Shown one piece after another: positions 61,546 to 64,000 of a DNA stretch of 64,000 nt. The notes below the pieces were generated by a model. The model worked only from the letters and a program-made list of their open reading frames with translations. It had not been told where the DNA came from and did no database searches. Origin of the DNA: an uncultured Chlamydiae bacterium (GTDB lineage: Bacteria; Chlamydiota; Chlamydiia; Chlamydiales; Parachlamydiaceae); assembly GCA_963754655.1 (NCBI GenBank), contig CAVWGN010000001.1:2880001-2944000 (forward strand). Direction: 5' to 3'. Made by a program: the position numbers and the translations under genes. The first letter of the stretch is position 1. Each line of letters opens with the position of its first letter.

Positions 61546-62967
61546 TCATTTTCCTTCAGAAGGCTTGGGAATCTTAAGCGCCATGCCGGCTTTAAGAGTA
61601 TCGGATTTGAGGCTATTAAGCTTTTTGATTTCATCTACTTTGATGCCAAAACGCTGCGCAATTTTCCATAAGGAATCTCCTTCTTTCACAACATAGATCA
61701 CTGCTTTGGCTTGGATGAGCGATGCCTCTTTCTTAGCTAATGGTTTCTTTGTCGCTTTAAAAACTAGCTTTGGGGACGCCGCTTGAGCAACAAGGGGCAT
61801 TGACTTAGATGACGCACTGGGTTTAATAGGTGTAGCCCTACCTGCCTTAGCGCGCACAAGCGGAAGCGATGGAGGAATAGGAGCTAAAACAACAGGCGGC
61901 TTTGAGACAAGCTCTATAGAAGCCTTCTCTGGAACAAAACGCACTAAAGCAGCGTAATGGGTCCAATCTGTTGGTAGCTGTTCGCCTGCTTGGAGGTAAA
62001 GCCATTGAGAGGCTTGTCGCCACACCTGAGTGCTGCGCGGACTCACCAACATTTCTTTAGCGAAGATCATTCCCTCTGGCAAACTGAGCGGCATTAATTG
62101 CAAAATGGCCAACACTTGTTGATCATCTAATTTTTTGACAGCAAAATCCCAATCTGTCTTTAGCAATAAAACAGCAGCCGATGGCGAACCTGCTTTCACA
62201 TAATCTAACAGAAATTTCTGGCGGCGTGCATCAGAGGAATCATGCACTTGCCTTTGCTGATCGACAAACTGCTTGAGAACCATCCAATTGCCTTCTAAAA
62301 GCACCGTCAAAATCTCTTGTTTATCCATCCTTTGTCCTGCACGATTAAACAAAAGCTCCACTGTCCAAAATTCAGGAGTCAGTACAAACGTTTCGATGAG
62401 AGGATGATCAAAAGAATTGTTCTCTTTCTGATTTTTTAATAATAAAAAAAGCCCTTCGGCTGTTAAAGGCCAGCGCTCTGTTTTGGCAAATTGAATGAGA
62501 GCATCAAATTGCGGCTGTGTCAGATCGGGATAGACAATCAAGGGAATAGCAAGTTCTTGCCGCTTTGGCTTCCATGCCAGAAAACGCTTTTGTTGAGGTT
62601 GAGCATTTTTAGGAAGAGCACGTTGAATATCAAAATAGTGAAAAGCTGTTAAACAAGCCAAAGCCAAGTCTCTTTCGGCATAGCCATTTTCAATCAGTTG
62701 AGCATGGGATAAACGGCTCACAAGCTGAGAAAAGGAAAGCTGCGACAATTGAGCAAGCATCTCTGCGCATCCCCTCTGATCAGCTAAGGGAATTTGCTGT
62801 TGCTCGGAGCTTGCGGGCTTCAACTCGCAATAAGAGGTAGGCAGACGCTCGCTCAGTACCCAATAAAGCAATAGAGATAATACTCCAATGTTGAGCGCTC
62901 CACTCACAATCAGAGCTAAGCTCAAATGGCGAATTCTCTTAGTAAATAGCGTGGGATCGGATGTCAT
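61546..62967 (-). CDS. Membrane-anchored LysM-domain protein
   Basis: N-terminal TM, P/K/A-rich linker, C-terminal [13 protein letters not shown]...LKIP. Confidence 0.9.
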   Translation of the reverse strand: MTSDPTLFTKRIRHLSLALIVSGALNIGVLSLLLYWVLSERLPTSYCELKPASSEQQQIPLADQRGCAEMLAQLSQLSFSQLVSRLSHAQLIENGYAERDLALACLTAFHYFDIQRALPKNAQPQQKRFLAWKPKRQELAIPLIVYPDLTQPQFDALIQFAKTERWPLTAEGLFLLLKNQKENNSFDHPLIETFVLTPEFWTVELLFNRAGQRMDKQEILTVLLEGNWMVLKQFVDQQRQVHDSSDARRQKFLLDYVKAGSPSAAVLLLKTDWDFAVKKLDDQQVLAILQLMPLSLPEGMIFAKEMLVSPRSTQVWRQASQWLYLQAGEQLPTDWTHYAALVRFVPEKASIELVSKPPVVLAPIPPSLPLVRAKAGRATPIKPSASSKSMPLVAQAASPKLVFKATKKPLAKKEASLIQAKAVIYVVKEGDSLWKIAQRFGIKVDEIKKLNSLKSDTLKAGMALKIPKPSEGK

Positions 62968-64000
62968 AAGAGAGCGCTTGTAATCTTTGTTTTAAATGAT
63001 TCACTTCTGTTTTCAATTCAGATGGCAAATGCTGGCCAAACAAAGTAAAATATTGATGAATTTCCTCTACTTCCTGCAGCCATTCCGCACGATCAACTGC
63101 AAAGAGTTGCTCCATTGCCTCCGGCGATAGGTGTAATCCTTGGGTGTCAATTGCTCCTTCTTCTGGAAGAAAGCCAATGGGAGTTTTCACAGCATGTGGA
63201 CTTCCCGATGTCCGTTCGAAAATCCATTTTAACACACGACTATTTTCGCCAAATCCTGGCCAAAGATAATCGTTATTTTTTCCTTTTTTAAACCAATTGA
63301 CAGAATAAATCCTAGGCAATTGAGAGGTGGCATGCTTTTTTCCTAAATTTATCCAATGTCTAAAATAATCACCCATGTGATAGCCGCAAAAAGGGAGCAT
63401 GGCAAAGGGATCGTGTCGAAGCTGTCCTACTTTCCCAACCGCTGCTGCTGTCGTTTCAGAAGAAATTGTCGCTCCCAAAAAAGTTCCATGCTGCCAATTA
63501 AAGGCTTCGCACACAAGAGGAACTGTCGAAGCTCGCCTGCCACCAAACAAAATAGCCGAAATAGGAACTCCTGCTGGATCTTCCCAAGCGGGATCCATAA
63601 CTGGACATTGCGAGGCAGGAATGGTGAAACGTGAATTGGGATGCGCTGCTTTTTCTCCAGACTGAGGGCTCCAATCATGTCCTAACCAGTTAATGGCATG
63701 CGCAGGAGGAGTTTTTGTCATTTCTTCCCACCACACATCTTCTTCATCAGTCAAGGCAACATTTGTAAAAATCCCATTGTGAGTGAGAGTGCGCATCGCA
63801 TTAGGATTTGAATGCATTGAAGTTCCAGGAGCAACTCCAAAAAAGCCGGCTTCGGGATTAATGGCATACAATTTGCCATCTTCTCCGAACCTCATCCAAG
63901 CAATATCATCTCCCACGGTTTCAACTTTCCAACCTGGCAAGGTTGGAGTCAACATAGCAAGATTGGTCTTGCCGCAGGAACTTGGAAAGGCCGCAGCAAA
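62939..64000 (-). CDS. pckA: Phosphoenolpyruvate carboxykinase (GTP), C-terminal part
   Basis: FPSSCGKTN at the window edge, [35 protein letters not shown]. Confidence 0.96.
   Translation of the reverse strand, partial: FAAAFPSSCGKTNLAMLTPTLPGWKVETVGDDIAWMRFGEDGKLYAINPEAGFFGVAPGTSMHSNPNAMRTLTHNGIFTNVALTDEEDVWWEEMTKTPPAHAINWLGHDWSPQSGEKAAHPNSRFTIPASQCPVMDPAWEDPAGVPISAILFGGRRASTVPLVCEAFNWQHGTFLGATISSETTAAAVGKVGQLRHDPFAMLPFCGYHMGDYFRHWINLGKKHATSQLPRIYSVNWFKKGKNNDYLWPGFGENSRVLKWIFERTSGSPHAVKTPIGFLPEEGAIDTQGLHLSPEAMEQLFAVDRAEWLQEVEEIHQYFTLFGQHLPSELKTEVNHLKQRLQALSYDIRSHAIY

Overview
AT-rich chromosomal window from an environmental chlamydia (Parachlamydiaceae/Protochlamydia-like, inferred from gene content and order: ogt-MORN lipoprotein-pheT, kdsA-lpt, parE/parC, atoS/atoC-rpsD, LysM-pckA, F-box/LRR and DUF4116 proteins). 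It is mostly housekeeping genes plus three tRNAs (Arg-TCT, Leu-GAG, Arg-TCG), a xfp-ackA pair, a 9-repeat Big_2 adhesin and several effector candidates. The most striking content is a set of large intergenic palindromes. A stand-alone IS200-type HUH/Y1 nuclease (59306-59758) sits between ~164-bp inverted arms. At least two other sequence-unrelated palindrome families share its hairpin geometry (short hairpin, 10 nt, AGCCC..GGG stem, ~18 nt, short hairpin) and are packaged in MITE-like ends, including an IS231-like end with a GGG-N5-CCC target. These elements nest inside one another, one has an 82-bp core amplified in tandem, and both DDE insertion sequences in the window landed inside their hairpins. 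parE carries two single-base frameshifts. All calls are from reading the sequence; no searches were run.
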